Shown: positions 8,551-16,698, counted from the stretch's first letter. The stretch is DNA of 56,395 nt from a virus (IMGVR_UViG_3300026037_000015:1-56395), one strand, 5' to 3'. Translations and numbers: made by a program. The notes: generated by a model from the sequence alone, not told the origin.

Positions 8551-9105
8551 ATGACCTCCATCACCCACCTCGGCTACCGCGAGGTCGCCCCAGGCGACCT
8601 GGCCGACTTCCCCGGGAACGCCACCATCCACGACGAGGAGGCCCTCGACGCCTCCGTCGGACGGTTCGGCCAGTTCCAGGCCCTGCTCGCCCGAGAGCTA
8701 CCCGACGGGACCCTCCAGCTCCTCGCCGGGCACGGCACCCGCGCTGCCCTGGTCCGTAACGAGGTGACCTCCACCAGGGTCGAGGTCATCCAGGTCGACG
8801 ACGAGACGGCCCTGGGCATCAACCTCGCAGCCAACGGCACCACCCGCCGCCGCGACTACGAGCCAGCGGCGCTCCTCGACCTCCTCGCCCAGGCCCGAGC
8901 TGCCGGAGGCCTCGGAGGCACCGGCTGGGACGACGCCGAACACGATCGGCTCCTGGCCCTGGTCGAGGCCCCCGCGCCTGCCCCGGAGCCGCAGCCCCCG
9001 GCCGAGTTCCCGTCCTACGACGACGAGACCATCGAGACGTCCTTCAAATGCCCGTCCTGCGGCTACCAGTGGTCGGGAAACCCAGGCTCCAGCACCGATG
9101 AGTAG
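8551..9105 (+). CDS. ParB/Sulfiredoxin-like protein with C-terminal zinc ribbon, first gene of the DNA modification operon
   Basis: PGNATIH...SVGRFGQ...LLAGHGT..A ParB-N motifs; C-terminal FKCPSCGYQW. Confidence 0.75.
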   Translation: MTSITHLGYREVAPGDLADFPGNATIHDEEALDASVGRFGQFQALLARELPDGTLQLLAGHGTRAALVRNEVTSTRVEVIQVDDETALGINLAANGTTRRRDYEPAALLDLLAQARAAGGLGGTGWDDAEHDRLLALVEAPAPAPEPQPPAEFPSYDDETIETSFKCPSCGYQWSGNPGSSTDE

Positions 9106-10324
9106 ACCTGCCTACCGGGTCCCGACCATGGTCGAGATCAGGGCCCTGCCCCCGAACGGCCTCCGGGTCATCTCCACGTTCGCGGGCGCCGGAGGATCCA
9201 GCACCGGCTACCGCATGGCCGGCTACCAGGTCATCTGGGCCAACGAGTTCGTCCCGGCTGCCGCAGCCACCTACCGGGCGAACGCCTCCCCCGGCACCAT
9301 CGTCGACACCACCGACATCCGCGAGGTCACCCCCGAGTCGATCCTGGCCGCTACCGGCCTGGCCGTCGGCGACCTGGACATCTTCGACGGCTCCCCGCCC
9401 TGCTCGGGGTTCTCCACCGTCGGGATCAGGGAGGCCGGCTGGGGAGTGACGAAGGCCTACTCGTCCACCCGGCAGCGCGTCGATGACCTGTTCTTCGAAT
9501 ACACCCGGCTCCTGCGCGGGCTCCAACCCCGAGTGTTCGTCGCCGAGAACGTCTCCGGCCTGGTCCGCGGGGTGGCCAAGGGCTACTTCAAACGGATCAT
9601 GGCCGAGATGAAGGCCTGCGGGTACCGCGTCGAGGCACGGCTCCTCGACGCCCAATGGCTGGGGGTGCCCCAGGCCCGGAAGCGGATCATCTTCATCGGT
9701 GTCCGCCGCGACCTTGGCCGGCTACCGGTTCACCCCGGTCCCCTGTCGCACCGGTATGCCGTCCGGGACGTCCTGCCCGCCCTTGAGCTCCAAGGCGGCG
9801 GACCGTGCCCGTTCGGTGAGAGCAGCTACCAGCGGACGGACCGGCCGTCCCCGACGATCGGGTCCTCGCTGACGTTCGGCAACGGCAGGTCTCCCTCTAG
9901 CGTGGTCGTCGAGACCCCGCCGACCTACGTCCATGACACCGGAGGCGAGTTCGGTCAAGGCGACGGCTCGGACCGGCCGTCACCGACGATCGTCGCGACA
10001 CCGGCATCCCTGAACCACTACCGGGTCGCAGCAGCCGACGGCGAGCCCGGACCGGTCTGGCGCGAGCACCTCCCCTACTGCCCGGAGACCGGTAAGGCCC
10101 TGATCCTGCGACCGACCGCGTCGATGAGGTACACCCCGCCGCCCGGGAGGATCATGCGTCGCCTCACGATCCCCGAGCTGCGACTCCTCAGTTCGTTCCC
10201 CGCCGACTTCGCCCTCACCGGCAGCTACGAGGAACGGTGGGAGCGCTGCGGGCGGGCCGTCCCCCCGCTGATGATGCGCGCGATCGCGTCGACCATCGCC
10301 CGGGACGTCCTGTGTGCGGGCTGA
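9098..10324 (+). CDS. DNA cytosine-C5 methyltransferase-family enzyme, probable carboxymethyltransferase
   Basis: Motif I FAGAGG, IV GSPPCSGFS, VI AENV, VIII PQARKR, IX RRLTIPEL; motif X is GRAVPP instead of GNAV. Confidence 0.9.
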   Translation: MSRPAYRVPTMVEIRALPPNGLRVISTFAGAGGSSTGYRMAGYQVIWANEFVPAAAATYRANASPGTIVDTTDIREVTPESILAATGLAVGDLDIFDGSPPCSGFSTVGIREAGWGVTKAYSSTRQRVDDLFFEYTRLLRGLQPRVFVAENVSGLVRGVAKGYFKRIMAEMKACGYRVEARLLDAQWLGVPQARKRIIFIGVRRDLGRLPVHPGPLSHRYAVRDVLPALELQGGGPCPFGESSYQRTDRPSPTIGSSLTFGNGRSPSSVVVETPPTYVHDTGGEFGQGDGSDRPSPTIVATPASLNHYRVAAADGEPGPVWREHLPYCPETGKALILRPTASMRYTPPPGRIMRRLTIPELRLLSSFPADFALTGSYEERWERCGRAVPPLMMRAIASTIARDVLCAG

Positions 10325-11754
10325 TCGGAGGAGCGCTGCCCCTGCCCTCCGTCATCCGGGGCCTCGACGCGATCGCCCACCGCGGGCCCGACGACCAGGG
10401 CGCGGCCGAGTCCGGGGCCTTCGCCCTCGGCCATACCCGCCTCGCCGTCCAGGACGTCACGTCCGCCAGCGCCCAGCCGTGGCCGGCCAGCGACGGCAGC
10501 CTGGTCACGTACAACGGGGAGGCCTGGAGACCGGACGCTCTCCGTGCGCTGCTCCCCGAGCGCACCTGGTCGACGACCGGGGACACCGAGGTCGTCGCCG
10601 AGCTGCTCGCCGCGCACGGCACCGAGGCGCTGCCCCTCCTCGACCGGGCGATGTTCGCCCTCGCCTGGGTCGACCGGGAGGGGCTCCTCCACCTCGCCCG
10701 CGATCGCTACGGCGAGGTCCCCCTCCACGTCGGCCGGCTACCTGGCTCACGCATCGCCTATGCCTCCGAGGTCGCTGCGCTCCTCCAGCTCGGGGCCCAC
10801 CCGGCGACCATCCAGTGGCTCCTCCCTGGACACGTCATGACCGTCCAGCAGGACGGCCGTACGGCGACCGTCTCCAGGTGGGCAGCCCCCGAGGTCCTGA
10901 CCCCGTCCCAGGACGGCCCGCGGGCCGCTGCTGCCGTCGTCCGGCACCACCTCATGGAGGGAGTCACCGACCGCCTCACCGGAGACGTCCCGATCGCTGT
11001 CCTCGTCTCCGGAGGCCTTGACTCTTCCCTGGTCCTCGGGATCATCCGCACGATGCGACCCGACCTCGAGGTCGGCGCCTACACGGCCGTCCACAACCCG
11101 AGGTCCCTCGACCTCGCCCACGCCAGGGCCGTCTGCGGGTCCTGGGGCATCCCCCTGCGTGAAGTCCCCGTACCGGCGCCGACGGCTGCTGACCTGGCTC
11201 GGACGGTCCGCGCCGTCGAACAGCCGCATAAGGCCCAGGTCGAGATCGGCTGGGCCTGTCTGCACCTCGCCCGGGCGATCCGGCGGGACGGGTACAAGGT
11301 GGTGCTCTCCGGTGAGGGCAGCGACGAGCTGTGGGCGTCCTACGGGAGCCCCCGGTCGATCATGGTCCATCACGGGATCAAGACGCAGGGCTGGCACCAG
11401 TACCGGGCCTCCACCTTCACCGGCCAGCACAGGAAGAACTTCGCCAGGACGAACAAGGTGTTCATGAGGCACGGGATCGAGGCCAGGCTCCCGTTCCTCG
11501 ACCCCGGCCTCGTCGGCTACGCCCTGACCCTCCCCGAGGTGACCGTCACCAGAGCTGCCGGAGGCCGTACCCACACGAAAGCGGTTCTCGCCGCAGCGGC
11601 CGCGGGCCTCGTCCCGGAGACCAGCGTGTGGCGGGCCAAGGTCGCCTTCCAGGTCGGGGCAGGCCTCGACCTGGCGGTCAAGCGTGCCGTCCCTGATCCG
11701 CGCAGGCTCTACGCGGCCGAGTTCCGGACTGCCTACGGAGGAGTCAAGCCATGA
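10312..11754 (+). CDS. asparagine synthetase B-like glutamine amidotransferase/ATP-dependent amide ligase
   Basis: GTG start then N-terminal nucleophile C-G-L; HRGPD, HTRL, YNGE, DTEV, ARDRYG, PP-loop SGGLDSS, LSGEGSDEL, EARLPFLD. Confidence 0.9.
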   Translation: MCGLIGGALPLPSVIRGLDAIAHRGPDDQGAAESGAFALGHTRLAVQDVTSASAQPWPASDGSLVTYNGEAWRPDALRALLPERTWSTTGDTEVVAELLAAHGTEALPLLDRAMFALAWVDREGLLHLARDRYGEVPLHVGRLPGSRIAYASEVAALLQLGAHPATIQWLLPGHVMTVQQDGRTATVSRWAAPEVLTPSQDGPRAAAAVVRHHLMEGVTDRLTGDVPIAVLVSGGLDSSLVLGIIRTMRPDLEVGAYTAVHNPRSLDLAHARAVCGSWGIPLREVPVPAPTAADLARTVRAVEQPHKAQVEIGWACLHLARAIRRDGYKVVLSGEGSDELWASYGSPRSIMVHHGIKTQGWHQYRASTFTGQHRKNFARTNKVFMRHGIEARLPFLDPGLVGYALTLPEVTVTRAAGGRTHTKAVLAAAAAGLVPETSVWRAKVAFQVGAGLDLAVKRAVPDPRRLYAAEFRTAYGGVKP

Positions 11755-12476
11755 CGGACATCGAGGACCGGGAGCAGCCCGGAGCGTGGACGTTCGCGCA
11801 GTTCGGGGCGCAGTTCGACAGCCACGTCATCGCCCACCTCCCGGTCTATGAGGACGTGCAGGCGATCGTTGCGGGCGTCTCCTCGTACACGCTGCCGGAC
11901 CGGGGAGTCATCGCCGACCTCGGGGCCAGCACCGGCCGGACGATCGCCCAGCTCGCGGAGCAGCACCCCGAACGACGCCTGGTCGCCCACCTCTACGACG
12001 CCGATCCGTCGATGCTCCAGGAGGCCGAGCGGCGCCTGGTCGACCACGGGAACGTGACCGGCTACCTCCATGCCGGAGACCTCACCGAGGGCGACACGTG
12101 GAGCCACCAGCGGGCCGATCTGACCCTCGCCCTGTGGCTCCTCCAGTTCATCCACCCCCGGCACCGCGTCGAGGTCCTCAAGCGGGCACGGGACCGGGCT
12201 GCCGACAACGGAGTGATCCTCCTCGGGGCGAAGGCCCGGCACCTGGACTCCAGGTGGCAGGAGATCGCAGATGGGGCCCTCGCCGACTACAAGGCCGCCG
12301 CGGGGGTGACCCCGCAGGAGATCGTCGCGAAGGCGCGCTCGCTGCGCGGCGTGCTGATCCCCGATACCGGGGAGTCGCTGGCCGGCCACCTGGTGACGGC
12401 CGGGTGGCACGCCCCGACGGTCATCCACCGCTGGCACGTCTGGACGCTGATCGGCGCATGGGCCTCCCCACGGTAG
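11751..12476 (+). CDS. CmoA-like carboxy-S-adenosylmethionine synthase / class I SAM enzyme
   Basis: WTF...FDSHV..HLP.Y, DLGASTG, LQF and YK..AG.T..EI..K..SL.GV match the CmoA family pattern (WTFD..VA.VF.DMI.RSVPGY, DLGCS.G, TLQF, FK..NGYS..EI.QKR..LENV). Confidence 0.8.
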   Translation: MTDIEDREQPGAWTFAQFGAQFDSHVIAHLPVYEDVQAIVAGVSSYTLPDRGVIADLGASTGRTIAQLAEQHPERRLVAHLYDADPSMLQEAERRLVDHGNVTGYLHAGDLTEGDTWSHQRADLTLALWLLQFIHPRHRVEVLKRARDRAADNGVILLGAKARHLDSRWQEIADGALADYKAAAGVTPQEIVAKARSLRGVLIPDTGESLAGHLVTAGWHAPTVIHRWHVWTLIGAWASPR

Positions 12477-12496
12477 GAGGCTCATGCCTGGGGGGC

Positions 12497-12724
12497 TCAC
12501 CGGGTGGCGAGTGGCTCCCGCCACCGGTAGCAGCCGGTGGTCTGGACGAGCCACCGGTGGAAGGTCACGACCCCGGAGCGGGCTGTTGCCAGCTCCTCCC
12601 GGGTGCCGCCGTAGGCGACGTCGAGGGCCAGCTCGGCAGCGAGGCGCGCTGCCCGGTAGTCCTCGACGAGCTGCTGATGTGCTGGCCAGCACCCCCGGTG
12701 TCGGGGGCTACACCCGGTTGGCAC
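12497..12724 (-). CDS. small hypothetical protein
   Basis: Downstream of and co-oriented with 12731-13051. Confidence 0.55.
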   Translation of the reverse strand: MPTGCSPRHRGCWPAHQQLVEDYRAARLAAELALDVAYGGTREELATARSGVVTFHRWLVQTTGCYRWREPLATR

Positions 12725-12730
12725 GGCAGA

Positions 12731-13051
12731 TCACCATCCCTTCATCTCGCGGTAGGTGTCGAGCGCCGTCGCGGCAGCGACGAATCCCGTGTGGGTGACG
12801 GCAGCCGTAGTGCGCTGGTCGTCGTTGTCCCAGCGCAGGACGAGGGCGATCACGCGACCGGAGCGGGCGCCGATGCGGATCCGGCCGAACCCGCTGTCGG
12901 GGCCGACCCCGCTGAGGACGACGTCGACGGATCCCCGGTAGGCCGGGCGGACCTCGGGGCGAAGGCCTGCCCGCTCGGCCCGCTGGATGAGGCTCCGGGC
13001 TGCGGAGGTCATGGGGGCGGGGCTGCTGCTGGGGGAGGTCGTCGTCGCCAT
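12731..13051 (-). CDS. hypothetical protein, probably leaderless
   Basis: ATG lies 6 nt after a TATAGT -10 box. Confidence 0.7.
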   Translation of the reverse strand: MATTTSPSSSPAPMTSAARSLIQRAERAGLRPEVRPAYRGSVDVVLSGVGPDSGFGRIRIGARSGRVIALVLRWDNDDQRTTAAVTHTGFVAAATALDTYREMKGW

Positions 13052-13086
13052 GGCTCCACTATACGGGCTAGCGCGTTATAGTCCAG
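13052..13086 (-). promoter_or_regulatory. sigma-70-type promoter with operator-like spacer, leaderless transcript
   Basis: Minus strand CTGGAC-TATAACGCGCTAGCCCG-TATAGT-GGAGCC-ATG. Confidence 0.7.
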
Positions 13087-13120
13087 TCCGTAGTGCAGCG
13101 AAGGGTAGTCCGGCATCCGC

Positions 13121-13149
13121 TGGACACTAGACGCACTACCCCGTATATT
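13121..13149 (+). promoter_or_regulatory. sigma-70-type promoter for the DUF932 operon
   Basis: TGGACA-17 nt (ends CCCCG)-TATATT. Confidence 0.7.
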
Positions 13150-13196
13150 CATCGGGGTAAGGCACCGCAGGGCACCACGACAACAGGAGGACCCCC

Positions 13197-14246
13197 GTGT
13201 CCAGAGAATCCGACCGCTGGCTCAACCGCATGACCCTCATCGGCAACACCGACAAGCGCGGCACCGCCTGGCACTACCGGGCCGTCCTCCAGGGCCCCGA
13301 GAGCAACCACTACGCCGGGCCCATCCCCATCGAGGACGTCCGCCGCCGCCTCATCGGCTGGCAGCTCCAGCAGGGAACCATCTCCTCCTGCGTCATCACC
13401 GAGGACGGCGCCGACGTCTACGAGGACCCCAACCGTCTCTCCGTCATCCGCCCGCGCGGCGCGTTCGGCCCCGACGACCAGGGCGAGATCCTCGGCACCT
13501 TCCGCCGCGGGTACCGCATCCACCAGTACGACGAGTGGCTCCTCGGAGGCCTCGCCCAGATCCTCGACCAGTCCGCTGGCGAGCTGGTCATCGAGTCGGC
13601 CGGACTCCTCCGGCGCGGCGCCGTCGCCTGGGTCCAGATCGCCATGCCCGAGACCATGAACGTCGAGGGCGTCGAGTTCCGCACCCACATCACTGCCGCC
13701 ACCTCGGCTGACGGCACCCTCGCCACCGGATTCGTCGCAGGCAACCAGGAGGTCGTCTGCGACAACACCCTCCACGCCGCCTGGGTCGAGCGCGACGCCC
13801 GCAGCATCAAGATCCGCCACACCTCCGGCTCCCTCACCCAGATCCACCGGGTGCGCGACGCACTGGAGCTGGTCTACGCCGAGGCCGACGCCTTCTCGGC
13901 CGAGATCCGGGAGCTGGTCGCGACCACCGTCACCGACCGCCAATGGGCAGCTTTCCTCGACGCGCACACCCCCGTGCCGTCCAAGCCGGGCGCCGGGCGC
14001 ACCGTCGCCGAGAAGCACCGCTCCGAACTCTCCGCGCTCTGGGCAACCGACGAGCGGGTCTCCCCGTGGACCGGCACCGCCTGGGGCGTCCTCCAGGCGG
14101 TCAACACCCACCGGCACCACCTCAGCCGGGTCTCCGGCGGCGACGCCAAGCGCGGTGAGCGCAACATGGCCAACGTCGTCAAGGGCATCACCGCCCGCGA
14201 GGACCTGGCCGCGATCCGGCAGCTCCAGGGCGTCCTCTCGGCCTGA
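13197..14246 (+). CDS. DUF932 / phage-plasmid TIGR03299-like protein
   Basis: AGGAGG RBS; AWH, ESAGLLRRG, TSADGT, VVCDNT and GTAWG..QAV motifs. Confidence 0.85.
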   Translation: MSRESDRWLNRMTLIGNTDKRGTAWHYRAVLQGPESNHYAGPIPIEDVRRRLIGWQLQQGTISSCVITEDGADVYEDPNRLSVIRPRGAFGPDDQGEILGTFRRGYRIHQYDEWLLGGLAQILDQSAGELVIESAGLLRRGAVAWVQIAMPETMNVEGVEFRTHITAATSADGTLATGFVAGNQEVVCDNTLHAAWVERDARSIKIRHTSGSLTQIHRVRDALELVYAEADAFSAEIRELVATTVTDRQWAAFLDAHTPVPSKPGAGRTVAEKHRSELSALWATDERVSPWTGTAWGVLQAVNTHRHHLSRVSGGDAKRGERNMANVVKGITAREDLAAIRQLQGVLSA

Positions 14247-14257
14247 GCCGCCCACCT

Positions 14258-14287
14258 GCCCCGCCCCCCGTGGCCCGGGGGCGGGGC
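14258..14287 (+). terminator. GC-rich hairpin after the DUF932 gene
   Basis: GCCCCGCCCCC...GGGGGCGGGGC inverted repeat. Confidence 0.5.
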
Positions 14288-14322
14288 TCCCCCCGCAGCA
14301 ACGACCCCCCAGGAGCCCCCCC

Positions 14323-14568
14323 ATGGGTTTGCACGTCGACTGGCTGGACGCCCCAGCCGTCTCGCTTGAGCTGCTCCGCACCGGAGACCAGTTCGGCGAG
14401 GACACCGTGACCAAGCAGATCGGCCTCGTCCTGCACTACGACGAGGCCGTCGTCATCGAGGGCAACCGCAAGGAGCTGCTCAAGCTCCTCGACCGCGCTC
14501 GCTGCGCCGTCGCCGACCTCGACCTCACCATCCCCCGCACCACTCCCCAGGCAGGAGCACCGACATGA
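14323..14568 (+). CDS. hypothetical protein
   Basis: AGGAG RBS. Confidence 0.65.
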   Translation: MGLHVDWLDAPAVSLELLRTGDQFGEDTVTKQIGLVLHYDEAVVIEGNRKELLKLLDRARCAVADLDLTIPRTTPQAGAPT

Positions 14569-15044
14569 GAGGCCCCCGAACCATCAACGTCTACCGCGGG
14601 CAGGAGGCCCTCAACGACGTCGCCGGGTCCGTGCTGGCCCGGGTCAACGGGGTCAAGCTGCCGGAGGCCGACATCCTCGAGGTCTCCTCCTCGCCGTTCA
14701 GCGACCGGTGGAGCCTCACCACCCGCACCCGCGCCAACGGGGCAGCCATCACCTTCGACCTCGGCCCCGGAGACAAGATCACCGTCCTGCCTCCCGACCT
14801 GATCGACAGCGTGATCGCCCTCCGGGCTGCGGCGTGCGCTGCCGCGGAGACGGTGCCGGCCAGCGTGGACCCGGCCGTGCGCCGGAAGGCCATCGAGTCC
14901 GCTGCTGGGTATCTCCTCGACGCCAGCGCGAGGTTCGCGGCGGGGCGGGGCGCCCTGACCCTCGACGAGTTCCTCTCGGTCGCAGGCCTGCTCGCCTCCG
15001 GGTGGGACGCTGTCGCGCAGGCCGAGTACGCCAAGGGGGCCTGA
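14565..15044 (+). CDS. hypothetical protein
   Basis: AGGAG RBS, ATGA coupling. Confidence 0.7.
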   Translation: MRGPRTINVYRGQEALNDVAGSVLARVNGVKLPEADILEVSSSPFSDRWSLTTRTRANGAAITFDLGPGDKITVLPPDLIDSVIALRAAACAAAETVPASVDPAVRRKAIESAAGYLLDASARFAAGRGALTLDEFLSVAGLLASGWDAVAQAEYAKGA

Positions 15045-15056
15045 CCTGCCCCCACC

Positions 15057-15121
15057 GTATACGGGGTACCCCGCGCAGGGTCCAGCTGGACCATATACGG
15101 GGTACCCCGTATAGTGGAGCC
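15057..15121 (+). promoter_or_regulatory. promoter with two operator-like palindromes, leaderless transcript
   Basis: TGGACC(15087)-17 nt-TATAGT(15110)-6 nt-ATG(15122); perfect palindrome TATACGGGGTACCCCGTATA at 15094-15113; second copy at 15058-15073. Confidence 0.75.
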
Positions 15122-15325
15122 ATGACAACAACGACGCTCCCGGCCAGTGACCTCCGCATCCTCACCGCAGACATCCGCCGGGCCCGGACCGCCGACCGCG
15201 ACCTCACCGCACAGCGGGTCGCCCGCCGTTACTACGGCGCCGCCGCCCAGTACCCGACCTGCGACCGCGACCGCGCCAACCTCCGCGCCGTCCGCGCCCT
15301 GGTCGACCAGGTCCGCGACGCCTGA
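15122..15325 (+). CDS. small hypothetical protein (leaderless)
   Basis: ATG 6 nt after the -10 box; no RBS. Confidence 0.7.
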   Translation: MTTTTLPASDLRILTADIRRARTADRDLTAQRVARRYYGAAAQYPTCDRDRANLRAVRALVDQVRDA

Positions 15326-15374
15326 CCCCGCAGCACCGACGCCCTCCCAGCCTCCACCCGACAGGAGACCCACC

Positions 15375-15608
15375 GTGCAGATCACCCTCGCCGTCCGGCT
15401 CGACATCGACCCCGCCATCTGGAGCCGCACCTACGGCACGCCGCCCGACCCGATCTCGATCACCACCGACGTCACCACCTACGTCGCCACGGCGCTGGCC
15501 GGTCAGCCAGGGTTTACCGACGACGGCACGCTGGGCGACACCTCCCGCGTCGCCTTCGTGACCCCCCAGAACGTCTGGGCCGACGACATCCCCTGCCCCC
15601 AGGGCTGA
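15375..15608 (+). CDS. small hypothetical protein
   Basis: ACAGGAG RBS, GTG start. Confidence 0.65.
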   Translation: MQITLAVRLDIDPAIWSRTYGTPPDPISITTDVTTYVATALAGQPGFTDDGTLGDTSRVAFVTPQNVWADDIPCPQG

Positions 15609-15625
15609 CCGCCCCCTAGACACGT

Positions 15626-15674
15626 ACGGGCTAGTCCGTTGGACAGACAACGGGCTAGCCCGTATATTGGTCAC
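15626..15674 (+). promoter_or_regulatory. promoter with tandem operator-like palindromes, leaderless transcript
   Basis: TGGACA(15640)-17 nt-TATATT(15663)-GGTCAC-ATG; ACGGGCTAG(T/C)CCGT at 15626 and 15650. Confidence 0.75.
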
Positions 15675-15902
15675 ATGACGAAGCGGACAGCACCCGAGGG
15701 GACCACCTTCATTGCCCGATGCTCGGTGTTCCTGCTCTGCGCCGACGACACGATCCGCGACCCCGAGTCCGGCCGCTGGGTCACCGTGGTTGAGCAGGGC
15801 ATGAGCTACGGCCCCTGGCACACGGTGATGGTCCGGCTGCCGGATGGCCGTCAGGTGAGCCGCGCCTACCGCAAGACCTCCCGATTCAACGTCTACGGCT
15901 GA
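15675..15902 (+). CDS. small hypothetical protein (leaderless)
   Basis: ATG 6 nt after the -10 box. Confidence 0.7.
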   Translation: MTKRTAPEGTTFIARCSVFLLCADDTIRDPESGRWVTVVEQGMSYGPWHTVMVRLPDGRQVSRAYRKTSRFNVYG

Positions 15903-15919
15903 CCGGCGCCCGGTGTCCG

Positions 15920-15968
15920 ATGGGCTAGCCCGTTGGACACGCAACGGGCTAGCCCGTATATTGGTCAC
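15920..15968 (+). promoter_or_regulatory. promoter with tandem operator-like palindromes, leaderless transcript
   Basis: TGGACA(15934)-17 nt-TATATT(15957)-GGTCAC-ATG; A(T/C)GGGCTAGCCCGT at 15920 and 15944. Confidence 0.75.
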
Positions 15969-16262
15969 ATGGAAACGACAACCGCGATCCCGACGCCCCG
16001 AATCTTCGTCCCGACCTGCCGGATCGCCTACCTCCCCCCCGGCACCACCGTCTACGACGGCACCGCCCCGATCGGCACCTACCTGCGCGGCACCGTCGTA
16101 CCCACCCCGGAGCACGAGGACTCCAGCGCCGGGCAGACCTGGGTCCTCTGGGACCTCGCCAGTACCCCGACCTCCGAGGGGACCGACACCCTCCTCCTGC
16201 CCGAGCCCCTCGACGACGACGCCCACTGCTGCTGCGACGACCAGGACTGCGACGCCTGCTGA
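15969..16262 (+). CDS. small acidic hypothetical protein with Cys-rich C-terminus (leaderless)
   Basis: ATG 6 nt after the -10 box; ends HCCCDDQDCDAC. Confidence 0.7.
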   Translation: METTTAIPTPRIFVPTCRIAYLPPGTTVYDGTAPIGTYLRGTVVPTPEHEDSSAGQTWVLWDLASTPTSEGTDTLLLPEPLDDDAHCCCDDQDCDAC

Positions 16263-16337
16263 CCGCCTGCGGCTGGGCCCCAGAAGGGCCCAGCCCCACC
16301 ACCCTCCCCCGGCACCACCCCTAGACAGGAGCCCCCC

Positions 16338-16655
16338 GTGCCCACCGACCTCACCCCCCGCGAGATCGTCCAGGACGCCATCGACAGCATCGACTCGATC
16401 CTCAACGCCGCGATCCTGGACCACTACTCGGGTCGCGGGATGGGAGGCGAGTCCTGCCTCGCCGTCCAGCTCGACTCCCTCAACGACCTGCTGATCCTGG
16501 GCATGGCCATCACCGCGTCGGTCCTCGACCGGGCCGACTCCAGCGGTGAGGCCTCCGCCGAGATCGACGAGATGATCATCAAGTTCGCGCGGTCGAACCG
16601 GGACCAGCTCGGGCACAACGTCGTCGTCTACTGGCCGTACCTGCCCGCCAACTGA
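16338..16655 (+). CDS. phage hypothetical protein (YSGRGM..E.C...D.LG...VYWP type)
   Basis: ACAGGAG RBS; motif pattern recalled from phage hypothetical proteins. Confidence 0.7.
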   Translation: MPTDLTPREIVQDAIDSIDSILNAAILDHYSGRGMGGESCLAVQLDSLNDLLILGMAITASVLDRADSSGEASAEIDEMIIKFARSNRDQLGHNVVVYWPYLPAN

Positions 16656-16698
16656 CCGGCCCACCTCGGCCTCACCCGCAGACAGGAGACCCCCCACG

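Noticed and set aside
8551-9105. ParABS plasmid partition system
   Set aside because: No ParA ATPase or ParB HTH recognised, and the gene is embedded in the modification operon
10312-11754. asnB as an auxiliary metabolic gene for asparagine synthesis
   Set aside because: It overlaps both a DNA cytosine transferase and a CmoA-like gene, so DNA modification is the simpler reading; not formally excluded
11751-12476. tRNA cmo5U modification pathway
   Set aside because: No CmoB-like gene or tRNA genes seen; the adjacent acceptor enzyme is a DNA C5 transferase
15050-15970. CRISPR array or mini-array
   Set aside because: The repeats have -35/-10 architecture and are separated by whole genes, not 30-40 bp spacers; no cas genes
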